From Eubacteriales bacterium (lineage in GTDB: Bacteria; Bacillota; Clostridia; Christensenellales; Aristaeellaceae), in NCBI GenBank assembly GCA_031554855.1, contig JAVBUY010000188.1, positions 1-47,634 on the forward strand: a DNA stretch of 47,634 nucleotides. Direction: 5' to 3'. This document shows, one piece after another, positions 1 through 8,510 of this stretch. The translations under genes and the position numbers were made by a program. The stretch's first letter is position 1. Every line of letters begins with the position of its first letter. Under the pieces are notes generated by a model that saw nothing but the letters and a program-made list of their open reading frames with translations, searched no databases and was not told where the DNA came from.

Positions 1-405
1 GTCGCGCTGCTTGCCGGGGTACAAGTTTTGTGCCCTGAGCGGTTCGGACACGATGGTGCCCACCGTCATGCGCGGATCCAGCGACGCATAGGGATCCTGG
101 AAGATCATCTGCGCTTTGCGGCGAAACGGCAGCAGCTCGGCATCGGTCAGGCACGTGATGTCCTGGCCGTCGTAGAGCACCTGCCCGTCGGTGGGCGCAT
201 ACAGGCGCACCAGCGTGCGGCCCACGGTGGTTTTGCCGCAGCCCGATTCGCCGACGAGGCCAAAGGTCTCGCCGCGCGCGATGGACAGGCTGAAATCGTC
301 CACCGCTTTGAGCATATGCTTGGGCTTGCCAAAGAACGGCTGATCCACCGGAAAATACTTCTTTAAGTGAATCGCTTCTACTAAAGGACGCTGCGTATCG
401 GCCAT
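1..405 (-). CDS. Opp/Dpp-type peptide ABC transporter ATP-binding protein (OppF-like), 3' end cut by window edge
   Basis: Not in the ORF track because it runs off the edge. The reverse complement from ATG 405-403 reads [20 protein letters not shown]...[21 protein letters not shown]...[18 protein letters not shown]. This has a Walker A motif and the QDPxxSLxPR motif typical of OppF/DppF. It starts 2 nt after the stop of the upstream ATPase gene. Confidence 0.85.
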   Translation of the reverse strand, partial: MADTQRPLVEAIHLKKYFPVDQPFFGKPKHMLKAVDDFSLSIARGETFGLVGESGCGKTTVGRTLVRLYAPTDGQVLYDGQDITCLTDAELLPFRRKAQMIFQDPYASLDPRMTVGTIVSEPLRAQNLYPGKQRD

Positions 406-406
406 G

Positions 407-1399
407 TCACGCGCCTCCTTTCGGCTGCACCGCGTGGGGATGCAGCAGGTGGCAGAACGCGCTGTGCGTTTCCGACAGCTCGGTCTTGGGCGCGGCATAG
501 ATGAGGCACACCGGCATGGCGTGCGGGCAGCGCGGCGCGAAGGGGCAGCCCTCCGGCGGCGCAAGCATATCCGGCGGCGAGCCGGGGATGGGGATCAGCG
601 GCTGCTTGCCGGTGACCTCTGGCTTGGGGATCGAGCGCAGTAGGCCCCAGGTGTAGGGGTGGCGCGATTCGTAGAAGATCTCACGCACGGTGCCCTGCTC
701 GCACACCGTGCCGCCGTAGAGCACCACCACGCGGCTGCACATGCTGGCGATCACGCCCAGATCGTGCGTGATGAGGATGGTGGAGGTGCCGAGTTTCTTT
801 TGTAAATTGCGCAACAAATCGAGAATCTGTGCCTGGATGGTGACATCCAGCGCGGTGGTCGGCTCGTCGGCGATGATCAGCTTTGGGTCGCAGGCCAAGG
901 CGATGGCGATCATCACACGCTGGCGCATGCCGCCGGAGAACTCGTGCGGGTATTGCTTCAGGCGGCTCTCGGGGCTGGGCATCTCGACCAGGCGCAGCAG
1001 CTCTAGCGCCCGCTCTTTGGCCTGCTGCTTGTTCATCTTCTGGTGGATTTTCAGCGGCTCCATCAGCTGGTTGCCGATGGTGAACAGCGGGTTGAGCGAG
1101 GTCATCGGATCCTGGAACACCATGCCGATCTGGCTGCCCAACAGGTGGCGCTTGTCCATCGGAGACAGGTGGCCGATGTCCTGCTCGGCGAATGCCAGCC
1201 GGTCGAAGGACACGTTGGCGTTGTCGGGCAGCAGGCCGAGCACACTGAGCATCATCACGCTCTTGCCCGAGCCGGACTCGCCGACGATGCCGATGGTCTC
1301 GCCCTCCTCGACGTGCAGCGAAACGCCCCGCACGGCCTGAACCTGTCCTGCGGGGATGTCGAAACTGGTGGTGAGATTGTCGATATCGAGGATGTTCAG
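407..1399 (-). CDS. Opp/Dpp-type peptide ABC transporter ATP-binding protein (OppD-like)
   Basis: Track ORF 407..1333 has Walker A GESGSGKS, signature SGGMRQR, Walker B IIADEPTTALD and a C-terminal oligopeptide-ABC Cys/His tail. The conserved N-terminus (LNILDIDNLTTSFDIPAGQVQAV) lies upstream of the GTG at 1333 and is in frame. The only start-like codon after the in-frame TAG (1414-1412) is CTG at 1399-1397, 8 nt downstream of GGAGG (1412-1408). The start is therefore uncertain (1399 vs 1333). Confidence 0.8.
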   Translation of the reverse strand: MNILDIDNLTTSFDIPAGQVQAVRGVSLHVEEGETIGIVGESGSGKSVMMLSVLGLLPDNANVSFDRLAFAEQDIGHLSPMDKRHLLGSQIGMVFQDPMTSLNPLFTIGNQLMEPLKIHQKMNKQQAKERALELLRLVEMPSPESRLKQYPHEFSGGMRQRVMIAIALACDPKLIIADEPTTALDVTIQAQILDLLRNLQKKLGTSTILITHDLGVIASMCSRVVVLYGGTVCEQGTVREIFYESRHPYTWGLLRSIPKPEVTGKQPLIPIPGSPPDMLAPPEGCPFAPRCPHAMPVCLIYAAPKTELSETHSAFCHLLHPHAVQPKGGA

Positions 1400-1465
1400 C
1401 GAAAACGCCTCCTAGCGCAAATTCATCAAGCTATAGCGCATAGCTTGCGTGCCTTTCTGCCCCTC

Positions 1466-1530
1466 GCGTTGTCTCATCCTGTCAGCGTAGCTTCCGGCTA
1501 CGCCTCCATCCTTCGACTTAGCGAGGAGCA
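1466..1530 (+). repeat. Divergent family-1-like core inside the 178-nt oppC-oppD intercistronic gap
   Basis: GCGTTGTC...GTCAGCGTAGCttccgGCTACGCCTCC...GAC shares the blocks GCGTTGTC, GTCAGCGTA and TACGCCTCC and the central hairpin with copies A and B. Confidence 0.5.
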
Positions 1531-1577
1531 AAAATTCATCGCAATCTATTGCGCTCTATTCTCTTCATTTGCGCCGC

Positions 1578-2516
1578 CTACTTTTTGAGGCGCGGGTCCA
1601 GCGCGTCGCGCAGGCCGTCGCCGATGAAATTGAGCGCAAACATGGTCAGGCAGATTGCCAGCACCGGAAAGAGCATCTGATAGGGGCGGCTGGACAGCGT
1701 GGGGATGGCCTCGTTGGCAAGCGTACCCCAGCTGGCCATCGGCACCTGGATGCCGATGCCCAGGAACGCCAAAAATGCCTCGGAAAAGATCGCCGAGGGG
1801 ATGAGAAACGCGGTGGACACGATGATCGGGCCCATGCAGTTGGGGATGAGGTGCCGCAGCAGGATATCAAAATTGCTGACCCCGGCCAGCCGCGCGGCCA
1901 GCGCGTATTCCGAGGATTTGAGCGTCATGACTTGGCTGCGCACCACGCGCGCCGTGCCGATCCACGAGGTGATGCACAGCGCCAGCACGATGGACTGGAT
2001 GGTCGAGCCCAGCACCATCATGATGAGGATGATGTACAGCAGCGAGGGCAGGCCAATGAGAATATCGACGATGCGCATGAGCACCATGTCGAGCCGACGG
2101 CCGATGTAGCCGGACAGACCGCCATAGAGCACGCCGATGATCAAATTGATGACCGCAGCCACAAAGCCGACGGTCAGGCTGATGCGCGCGCCATAGAGCA
2201 CGCGCACGAAGATGTCGCGGCCCAGCTTGTCGGTGCCAAACCAGTGCTGGGCGGAAGGACACATGTCGCCATTGAAAAAATCGGTTTGGTCGTAGGCGTA
2301 GGGCGACAGCATGGGGCCCAAGATCGCGGCGATCGTGATGATGAGGAGGACGATCAGTCCGATCATCGCCATCGGGTCGCGGCGAAAGCGGTACCACACG
2401 TCCTGCCAGTAGGTGGTCGAGGGCCGCGCGATGGTTTCGTTCTCCCGCTTGCTGTCGTCCAGCGGCGTAAACAGCTCCGGCGGCAGGGCTTGGTATGTTT
2501 GCTCGTCGAGGATCAT
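1578..2516 (-). CDS. Opp/Dpp-type ABC transporter permease (OppC-like)
   Basis: 312-aa polytopic protein with an OppC-type N-terminal domain (YWQDVWYRFRRDP) and a BPD-transporter EAA-like loop (SEYALAARLAGVSNFDILLRHLIPN). GGAGG lies 7 nt upstream of ATG 2516. Confidence 0.9.
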   Translation of the reverse strand: MILDEQTYQALPPELFTPLDDSKRENETIARPSTTYWQDVWYRFRRDPMAMIGLIVLLIITIAAILGPMLSPYAYDQTDFFNGDMCPSAQHWFGTDKLGRDIFVRVLYGARISLTVGFVAAVINLIIGVLYGGLSGYIGRRLDMVLMRIVDILIGLPSLLYIILIMMVLGSTIQSIVLALCITSWIGTARVVRSQVMTLKSSEYALAARLAGVSNFDILLRHLIPNCMGPIIVSTAFLIPSAIFSEAFLAFLGIGIQVPMASWGTLANEAIPTLSSRPYQMLFPVLAICLTMFALNFIGDGLRDALDPRLKK

Positions 2517-2528
2517 CGCCCTACCTCC

Positions 2529-3455
2529 TTATTCTGTAATCTTTACGCGCGGATCGATCAGCGCATAGCACACATCCACGATGGTGTTGCAGGTGATGAC
2601 AAAAATGCCGAAGAACGCGGTCATGCCCATGATCAGCGTATAGTCGCGATTGCCGACGCTAGAGACAAAGTCGCGCCCGATGCCCGGCACCGCGAACAGT
2701 CGCTCGACGATGAAGCTGCCGGTTAAGAGCGCCGCCACCAGCGGGCCGAGGTAGGTCACCACCGGCAGGATGGAGTTCTTTAGCGCGTGCTTCCAGATCA
2801 CCTGCCACTCGGGCACGCCCTTGGCACGGGCGGTGCGCAGGTAGTCCTGCTGGAGCGCGTCCAGCATCGACGAGCGCACCTGGCGCGCAATGTACGCGAT
2901 GGGGTGAAACGCCAGGCAGGCCACCGGCAGGATGTAGTGCTTCCAGCTCGTCAGGCCGAACGAAGGCAACCATTTGAGCGTCATAGAAAATAGAAAGAGA
3001 AGCAGCACGGAGATCACGAACGCCGGGGCGGAGATGCCGATCGTCGCGAAGGTCATGGCGGCATAGTCCGGCCACTTGCGGCGCTTTACCGCCGAGACTA
3101 CGCCCAGCGGGATGCCGATGCCCAGCGATGCGAGGATGGCCAGCGCGCCTACCTTGGCCGACACTGGAAAGCCGGTGCCGATGAGCATATTCACCGTCAC
3201 GTCGGTGCGCACGAACGACGTGCCGAAGTTGCCGTGGATCAGGTCGTTCAGGTACATCAGATATTGCTTCCACACCGGCTGATCCAGCCCATAGCGGGCG
3301 TTGAGCATGTCGATGGCGGCGCGGGGCAGTTGCTTTAAGTCTTCCGAATTGAAGGGGCTGCCGGGAATGGCGTGCATCAAAAAAAACGTGATGGTGACCA
3401 GCACGAAAATCGTAACCAGACCGGCGATGAGCCGCTTGACTATATACTTGGCCAT
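2529..3455 (-). CDS. Opp/Dpp-type ABC transporter permease (OppB-like)
   Basis: The protein from MAKYIVKRLIAGLVTIFVLVTITFFLMHAIPGSPF is a typical OppB/DppB N-terminus, with an EAA loop DYLRTARAKGVPEWQVIWKHALKNS. The track ORF extends to 3731, but ATG 3455 is 7 nt from GGGGAGG, whereas ATG 3461 is only 1 nt away. Confidence 0.9.
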   Translation of the reverse strand: MAKYIVKRLIAGLVTIFVLVTITFFLMHAIPGSPFNSEDLKQLPRAAIDMLNARYGLDQPVWKQYLMYLNDLIHGNFGTSFVRTDVTVNMLIGTGFPVSAKVGALAILASLGIGIPLGVVSAVKRRKWPDYAAMTFATIGISAPAFVISVLLLFLFSMTLKWLPSFGLTSWKHYILPVACLAFHPIAYIARQVRSSMLDALQQDYLRTARAKGVPEWQVIWKHALKNSILPVVTYLGPLVAALLTGSFIVERLFAVPGIGRDFVSSVGNRDYTLIMGMTAFFGIFVITCNTIVDVCYALIDPRVKITE

Positions 3456-3492
3456 GGGCATGCCTCCCCGGGTCTTTTGGACAGGTTCTATT

Positions 3493-3521
3493 ATCATACC
3501 AGCGCAGCGTGCATTGTGCAA
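3493..3521 (-). promoter_or_regulatory. Candidate sigma-A promoter of the permease/ATPase operon
   Basis: On the minus strand: TTGCAC (3521-3516), a 17-nt spacer, then TGgTATGAT (hexamer 3498-3493). It lies back-to-back with the + strand promoter. Confidence 0.5.
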
Positions 3522-3570
3522 GGCGTTTTGTCGAATTTGGATCATCGGGGAGTTTTGGGCGCAAAGTGGT

Positions 3571-3599
3571 TTGACTTTGCCGGGGTTTTCTGCTATCAT
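3571..3599 (+). promoter_or_regulatory. Candidate sigma-A promoter of the binding-protein gene
   Basis: TTGACT (3571-3576), a 17-nt spacer, then TGcTATCAT (extended -10, hexamer 3594-3599). Confidence 0.55.
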
Positions 3600-3681
3600 C
3601 AAGGCAACTTTTGCAGCTTGCGGGGTGTGAACTTTCATTCCGTGGGCTGCTGGAACGCATAAAAAGTTGGAGGGGATCGAT

Positions 3682-5289
3682 ATGAAAAAGACCCTGGCTC
3701 TGGTGCTGGCGCTGGTGATGGCGCTGGGCATGTTCTCGATGACCGGCGTGCTGGCGGAAGGCGAGAAGAAACTGATCTATCCGCTGCCGCAGGATCCGCA
3801 GACTCTGGATCCGACGATGAACTCGTATTCCTATGCGTCGTATGCCATCAAGCAGATGTTCTCCGGTCTGTACCGCGTGGCCGCCGATGGCGTCACGATG
3901 GAGCCCTGCCTGGCCGAAGGCGTGCAGGTCTCCGAGGACGGCCTGACCTACACCTTCACGCTGCGCAAGGATCTGAAGTGGTCGGACGGCTCGCCGCTGA
4001 CCGCCAAGGACTTTGACTACACCTATAAGCACACGCTGAACAAGGACCTGGCCTCCAAGGCGGCCAAGGACCTGTTCAACATCAAGAACGCCAAGGCGTA
4101 CAATGCGGGCGAAGTGGCAGTCGAGGAAGTGGGCATTTCCGCGCCCGACGACACCACGCTGATCCTGACGCTGGAAGCGCCCACCCCGTGGTTCATGACG
4201 CTGTTGGCGGGCACCGGCTTCATGCCGGTCAAGCAGTCTGTGGTCGATGCCTCCACCGCCGACAAACCCTGGACGATGGACCCGGCCACCTATGTGTCCT
4301 GCGGCCCGTTCAGGATGAAGGAATACAAGCTCAAGGAGCGCCTGTCCATCGTGAAGAACCCCAACTATGTGTTCGCCGATCAGGTGAAGCTGGACGCGAT
4401 CGACATCGTGATCATCGAGGCGATGGAGACCGAGCTGGTCGCCTATGAGAACGGCGAAATCGACGTGGCTGACACCCTGAACCCCGAAGCGATCGCCAAG
4501 TACAAGGACACGCCGGAATACAACGTGATGCAGCGCGTCGGCCTGACGTACTGCGACTTCAACTGCGAGAAGGCGCCCTTTACCGACAAGCGCGTGCGCC
4601 AGGCGCTGAGCATGGTCATCGACCGCCAGTTGGTCGTGGATCGCATCTTGAAGAGCATGGATCAACCGGCGATGGGCTTTGTGCCGTGGGCGCAGCGCTC
4701 TGTCACCGACCCGAGCAAGGCCTATCGCGAGGTGGCGGGCGATATGTTCGCGATGGACGTGGAGAAGGCCAAGGCGCTGCTTGCCGAGGCGGGCTTCACC
4801 GATCTGAGCAAGTTCCCGCCGGTCGAGCTGGTGATCTCCGCCAGCCAGGTCAACAAGGACTGGGCGCAGGCCATGCAGGCGATGTGGAAGCAGACGCTGG
4901 GCATCGAGAGCACCATCACCACGCTGGAGTCCGGCGTGTTCTGGGATGAGCTGGACGCGGGCAAGTTCGACGTGGACAAGAACGGCTTCACCGCCAACTA
5001 CGCCGATCCGCTGGCCAACCTGTTCATCTTCCGCACTGGCTCGAACGCCTATGAGAACCGCTGGGACGACCCGGTCTATGACGAGATGATCGACAAGTGC
5101 GCGGTGGAGCTCGATCCGGCCAAGCGCGAGGCGATGATGATCGAGGCCGAAAAATACCTGGCCGACCAGATGCCTGCCATCCCGATGTATGGCATCGCCG
5201 ATGACTTCCTGGCCAAGCCGTATGTGTCGGGCATGATCAAGAATGTGCAGGGGCATGTGCTGTTCGAGTACGTGGACATCAATAAGTAG
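3682..5289 (+). CDS. ABC transporter substrate-binding protein, family 5 (peptide/nickel; OppA/DppA-like)
   Basis: 535 aa with signal peptide MKKTLALVLALVMALGMFSMTGVLAEG and SBP_bac_5-like sequence throughout. GGAGGGG lies 7-8 nt upstream of ATG 3682. It is divergent from the permease/ATPase genes. Confidence 0.9.
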   Translation: MKKTLALVLALVMALGMFSMTGVLAEGEKKLIYPLPQDPQTLDPTMNSYSYASYAIKQMFSGLYRVAADGVTMEPCLAEGVQVSEDGLTYTFTLRKDLKWSDGSPLTAKDFDYTYKHTLNKDLASKAAKDLFNIKNAKAYNAGEVAVEEVGISAPDDTTLILTLEAPTPWFMTLLAGTGFMPVKQSVVDASTADKPWTMDPATYVSCGPFRMKEYKLKERLSIVKNPNYVFADQVKLDAIDIVIIEAMETELVAYENGEIDVADTLNPEAIAKYKDTPEYNVMQRVGLTYCDFNCEKAPFTDKRVRQALSMVIDRQLVVDRILKSMDQPAMGFVPWAQRSVTDPSKAYREVAGDMFAMDVEKAKALLAEAGFTDLSKFPPVELVISASQVNKDWAQAMQAMWKQTLGIESTITTLESGVFWDELDAGKFDVDKNGFTANYADPLANLFIFRTGSNAYENRWDDPVYDEMIDKCAVELDPAKREAMMIEAEKYLADQMPAIPMYGIADDFLAKPYVSGMIKNVQGHVLFEYVDINK

Positions 5290-5333
5290 GAAACGGGCAA
5301 CATATACCCTCTGGCGGCGCCAGCGCGATGCTC

Positions 5334-5355
5334 GCTTGCGCTTGCTAGCATCTGG
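5334..5355 (+). repeat. Solo fragment resembling the right part of the family-1 repeat
   Basis: GCTTGCGCTTGCTAGCATCTGG compared with GCTTGCGGCCTCCTAGCATCTGA (copy B) and GCTTGCGTCTCCTAGCATCTGA (copy A). Confidence 0.4.
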
Positions 5356-5394
5356 TTATAGCTTGCCAGTTTACACGCGGTGAAATCGACAGAC

Positions 5395-5432
5395 AAAAAG
5401 AGCGCCCGATGCATATCGAGCGCTCTTTGCTT
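5395..5432. terminator. Bidirectional rho-independent terminator between convergent genes
   Basis: AAAAAGAGCGC-CCGATGCATATCGA-GCGCTCTTTGCTT: a GC stem with an inner CGAT/ATCG extension, an A-tract on the left and a T-rich tract on the right. Confidence 0.6.
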
Positions 5433-5439
5433 GCGTTTA

Positions 5440-6072
5440 TCAGGTCTTGGGCAGCACGAAACCCTTGGGCAGGGGCAAGCCGGGTTCGGGCTGCTCGGCC
5501 TGATCGGCGGCCTCGAACTCTGTCGCCGGGTCAGCGCCATCCTCTATGACGCGCTTCATTGCGTCGCCATACTTGTCGATCATCAGCGCGGGGATATCGA
5601 CCAGCCACTCCAGCTCTCTTTGTGAGGGGACGCGGTCGAAATACATCGCACTGGTCATGTAGCTGATCTCGCCATCCTCGTGGTTCATCTGGAACTTGCC
5701 CAGGTTCAGCGCGTAATTGGCGCGGGCCATGAAGTCGTGGATGGCGGCCAGGGTCTTGGCGTTGGTCAGGTCAGGCTTGACCGGCAGATAGGACTCAACC
5801 AGAAAGCCTTCTTCATCGTAGGAAATATAGACATCGCAGCCGTCGGGCAAGTCCGACATGGTGGCGGTCATGCTATAATAGAAAAAATGCTCCTCTTCAT
5901 CGTGATGGTAGGTGTAGTCCTGGCTATCCAGATATCCGGCGATCGCCTGCTCCAGCGAGGCATATGTCGGCTCGGACGGCTCTGCGGAGGCGGAGGCCGG
6001 CGTCAGCAAGGCGTGTCCGCCCAACGAAAGCGTCAGCATGAGGACCAGGCACGCGAGGATGATACGTTTCAT
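5440..6072 (-). CDS. Secreted hypothetical protein, possibly YbjN-like domain
   Basis: The start is taken at MKRIILACLVLMLTLSLGGHALL (signal peptide) with GGGGGA upstream. The mature part (FFYYSMTA...VYISYDEEGFLVESYLPV...ANYALNLGKFQMNHEDGEISYMTS) resembles the YbjN/T3SS-chaperone-like pattern from memory only. Confidence 0.45.
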   Translation of the reverse strand: MKRIILACLVLMLTLSLGGHALLTPASASAEPSEPTYASLEQAIAGYLDSQDYTYHHDEEEHFFYYSMTATMSDLPDGCDVYISYDEEGFLVESYLPVKPDLTNAKTLAAIHDFMARANYALNLGKFQMNHEDGEISYMTSAMYFDRVPSQRELEWLVDIPALMIDKYGDAMKRVIEDGADPATEFEAADQAEQPEPGLPLPKGFVLPKT

Positions 6073-6152
6073 GTCGTTCCCCCTAGCAATTTTTGTATGA
6101 GTACTATAATATAGAAGAGAACACTTGTCAATGAATGGAGAAGGAGAGAAAC

Positions 6153-7037
6153 ATGAAAGACGCAAGTATGTGCGGGTTTTTTCCGGCGCTGATCACGCCC
6201 TTTACCGCAGACAACCAAATCAACGAGGATGTGTTTACCCAGCTGATGCGCCGCCTGATCGGCCAGGGCGCGAAGGGCTTCTTGGTAGGAGGCAGCTCGG
6301 CGGAGTGTCTGCTGCTCTCGCACGAGGAGCGCGTGCGCACCTTTGAACTGGCGGGGGAGTTGCGCGGCGAGACCAGGCTGATGGCCAGCGTGGCGGCAAT
6401 CGGCACCGACGAGGCGATCGCCTATGCGAAAAGCGCTGCAGCGGCGGGGCATCACGCGCTCATCAGTACGCCGCCGTTCTACTATAGGTTCGGTATGGCG
6501 GGCATCGCCGGATACTTCCGCGATATACGTGCGGCGGTCGATTTGCCGCTGTACCTGTACAATTTCCCCGGAAATACGGGCATAGAGATCGACATCAACC
6601 ATCCGGACATCCGCGCGATGCTGACCGACGGCACCATCGCTGGCGTCAAGCAGACCTCGCTGAATCTCTCTCAGCTCGAGCGCATGCGGGACATGAATCC
6701 CGACCTGGTGCTCTACGGCGGGTATGACGAGGTGTACCTTGGCGCGCGTATTTTGGGCGCGGACGGTGCGATCGGCTCAACGTTTAACTTCACGCTGCCG
6801 CTGTTTATGAAGATCGAGCAGGCGTATGCGCAGCGGGACATTGCCGCAGCACAGGCGCTGCAAGCGCGCGCGAACGCGATCATGCAAGCGTTGGTATCGT
6901 GCGGCCTGTTTCCTTCGATTAAGTACGTGCTCCAGGCGCAGGGGCTGGACGTCGGGGTGTGCCGCAGGCCGTTTGCGACGCTGTCCGAGGAACAGAAGCG
7001 GGTTATCGATCGGGCCGTGGCGGAGAATCTGGGGTAA
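6153..7037 (+). CDS. DapA/NanA-family class I aldolase (dihydrodipicolinate synthase / N-acetylneuraminate lyase family)
   Basis: FPALITPFTADNQINEDVF...GFLVGGSSAECLLLSHEER...IAGVKQTS (candidate Schiff-base Lys)...GADGAIGSTFN. GGAGAG lies upstream of ATG 6153. Substrate specificity cannot be assigned. Confidence 0.8.
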   Translation: MKDASMCGFFPALITPFTADNQINEDVFTQLMRRLIGQGAKGFLVGGSSAECLLLSHEERVRTFELAGELRGETRLMASVAAIGTDEAIAYAKSAAAAGHHALISTPPFYYRFGMAGIAGYFRDIRAAVDLPLYLYNFPGNTGIEIDINHPDIRAMLTDGTIAGVKQTSLNLSQLERMRDMNPDLVLYGGYDEVYLGARILGADGAIGSTFNFTLPLFMKIEQAYAQRDIAAAQALQARANAIMQALVSCGLFPSIKYVLQAQGLDVGVCRRPFATLSEEQKRVIDRAVAENLG

Positions 7038-7039
7038 GC

Positions 7040-7071
7040 AAAGAGCGTTCCAGCCGGAACGCTCTTTTTTG
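7040..7071. terminator. Bidirectional terminator (aldolase / ccdA convergent pair)
   Basis: AAAGAGCGTTCC-agcc-GGAACGCTCTTTTTTG: a 10-bp stem followed by T6. Confidence 0.75.
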
Positions 7072-7776
7072 CTACACAAACAATCCGCCCCAATACCCGA
7101 ACCAGCCTAACGCCATCATCAGCCCGATGGCGATCAGCAGCGCACCGGATACGATCTGGATCACGCGCAAATGGCGCTTGATGAACCCTAGCGTGCCCGA
7201 CAGCTTATGGTAAAAAATCGCGACCAGCGAGAATGGCACGCCCAGCCCCAGCGAGAAGCACAGCAGCATGCCTAGCCCGTGCCACAGCGATGCGCTCTGT
7301 CCGGCCTGCATCAGCGCTGCGCCCAAAAAGGTACCCACGCACGGCGTCCAGGTGATCGCGAAGGTCGCGCCGAACACCAGTGCCTTGGTCGGCGTGAGGT
7401 GCGCGGGTGCGCCGCGATGGCCGCCGCGATCTAAGAACCCGATGCGCAGCACACCGATATAGTGCAGCCCCAGCAAAATGAGCACCACGCCGCCGATGCG
7501 CATCAGCCAGTCAAGATGCGCTTGGAGCAGCTTGCCCAGCGCGGTGGCGGTCGCGCCCAGCGCCATGAACACCAGCGTGAAGCCGAGCACGAAGCACAGC
7601 GTGTTCAAGATCAGCTGCTTTTTGCTCTGTGTCGCGTCGTCTCCGGCTAGGTACAGCGCGTAGACCGGCAGCATCGGCAGGATGCACGGTGATAGGAAGG
7701 CCATGACCCCCTCGGCAAACACCGACAGCAGCATGGACCAGGTGAACGTCGGCGCAGCCAGAAAATCGGTCAGCAT
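7072..7776 (-). CDS. ccdA: Cytochrome c biogenesis / thiol-disulfide electron transporter CcdA (DsbD family)
   Basis: 234-aa six-TM protein with the conserved Cys-Pro motifs FLSPCILPMLPVY and ITWTPCVGTFLG. Its start overlaps the upstream gene's stop (TAATG), which indicates translational coupling. Confidence 0.88.
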   Translation of the reverse strand: MLTDFLAAPTFTWSMLLSVFAEGVMAFLSPCILPMLPVYALYLAGDDATQSKKQLILNTLCFVLGFTLVFMALGATATALGKLLQAHLDWLMRIGGVVLILLGLHYIGVLRIGFLDRGGHRGAPAHLTPTKALVFGATFAITWTPCVGTFLGAALMQAGQSASLWHGLGMLLCFSLGLGVPFSLVAIFYHKLSGTLGFIKRHLRVIQIVSGALLIAIGLMMALGWFGYWGGLFV

Positions 7777-8366
7777 TACGGCGTCACTCCCAGCAGCGCA
7801 TACAGATCCTTCAGTTCCACGCCGCCGATCGCACCGCCCTTGAGGTAGCCCTGCTCATCAACGACGATCACTGTCGGGATGCCCGAGATACCATACTGCG
7901 CGGAGACCACGCCAGTTTCGTCGTAATACACCGGGAAGGTGTACTGATTTTCGTCCAGGAACGCGTCACAGGTCGCGCGGGTTTCGCGCTGACCATCGGT
8001 CTGGTTGATGGCCATGAATTCGATGGGCAGCTTGCGCTCCGCAATCAGGTTATACAGCTCCTGCTTCTCCGGCATGCTGGCCTGGCACGGGCCGCACCAG
8101 CTGGCCCAGAAGTACAGCACGACTTGCTTGCCCAGTTGATCGGACAGCTTGGTCATTTCGCCGCCACGGCGCGGCAGTTCAAAGTCCGGCACCAGAGGCA
8201 TGCCCGCGGCGTTCTCAGCGGGTTTGGCGGTCGGGACAGTATGGGCAGCGGCTGTTGCGGTGGCTTTGGGCGTGGGCGAGGAAACCGCGTCGGTCGCGCC
8301 CGCGCAGCCGGTCAGCATCATCAGCATCGCACAGCAGAGCAGTACGGAAAGCAGTCTTTTGGTCAT
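7776..8366 (-). CDS. TlpA/ResA-like thioredoxin-fold thiol-disulfide oxidoreductase lipoprotein
   Basis: Lipobox MLTGCAG, a Pro/Ala-rich linker, then a thioredoxin fold with the active site WASWCGPCQ. It forms an operon with ccdA. Confidence 0.88.
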   Translation of the reverse strand: MTKRLLSVLLCCAMLMMLTGCAGATDAVSSPTPKATATAAAHTVPTAKPAENAAGMPLVPDFELPRRGGEMTKLSDQLGKQVVLYFWASWCGPCQASMPEKQELYNLIAERKLPIEFMAINQTDGQRETRATCDAFLDENQYTFPVYYDETGVVSAQYGISGIPTVIVVDEQGYLKGGAIGGVELKDLYALLGVTP

Positions 8367-8412
8367 GGGAAGCCTCCTTCAATCGTCCGTCGTTCGAGCG
8401 GCTTATGAAAAT

Positions 8413-8441
8413 ATCATACACCCATCGCGCGTGGCGCGCAA
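8413..8441 (-). promoter_or_regulatory. Candidate promoter of the tlpA-ccdA operon
   Basis: Minus strand: TTGCGC (8441-8436), a 17-nt spacer, then TATGAT (8418-8413). Confidence 0.45.
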
Positions 8442-8510
8442 GCGCGCATATTCCTTGTCCGAAAAACGTATGAATAAGTGAGATGCCAAACGGACGAGGG
8501 AGGCGAAAGC

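Noticed and set aside
28-366. 112-aa + strand ORF at the window start
   Set aside because: The opposite strand encodes an unmistakable OppF-like ATPase N-terminus (Walker A, QDP..SLDPR) that the track missed because it runs off the edge.
2659-5256. 865-aa ORF on the minus strand, the longest ORF in this part of the track
   Set aside because: It lies antisense to the well-supported binding-protein and permease genes. Its Arg/Gly/His/Leu-rich junk composition is typical of shadow ORFs in GC-rich DNA, and it has no SD or family resemblance.
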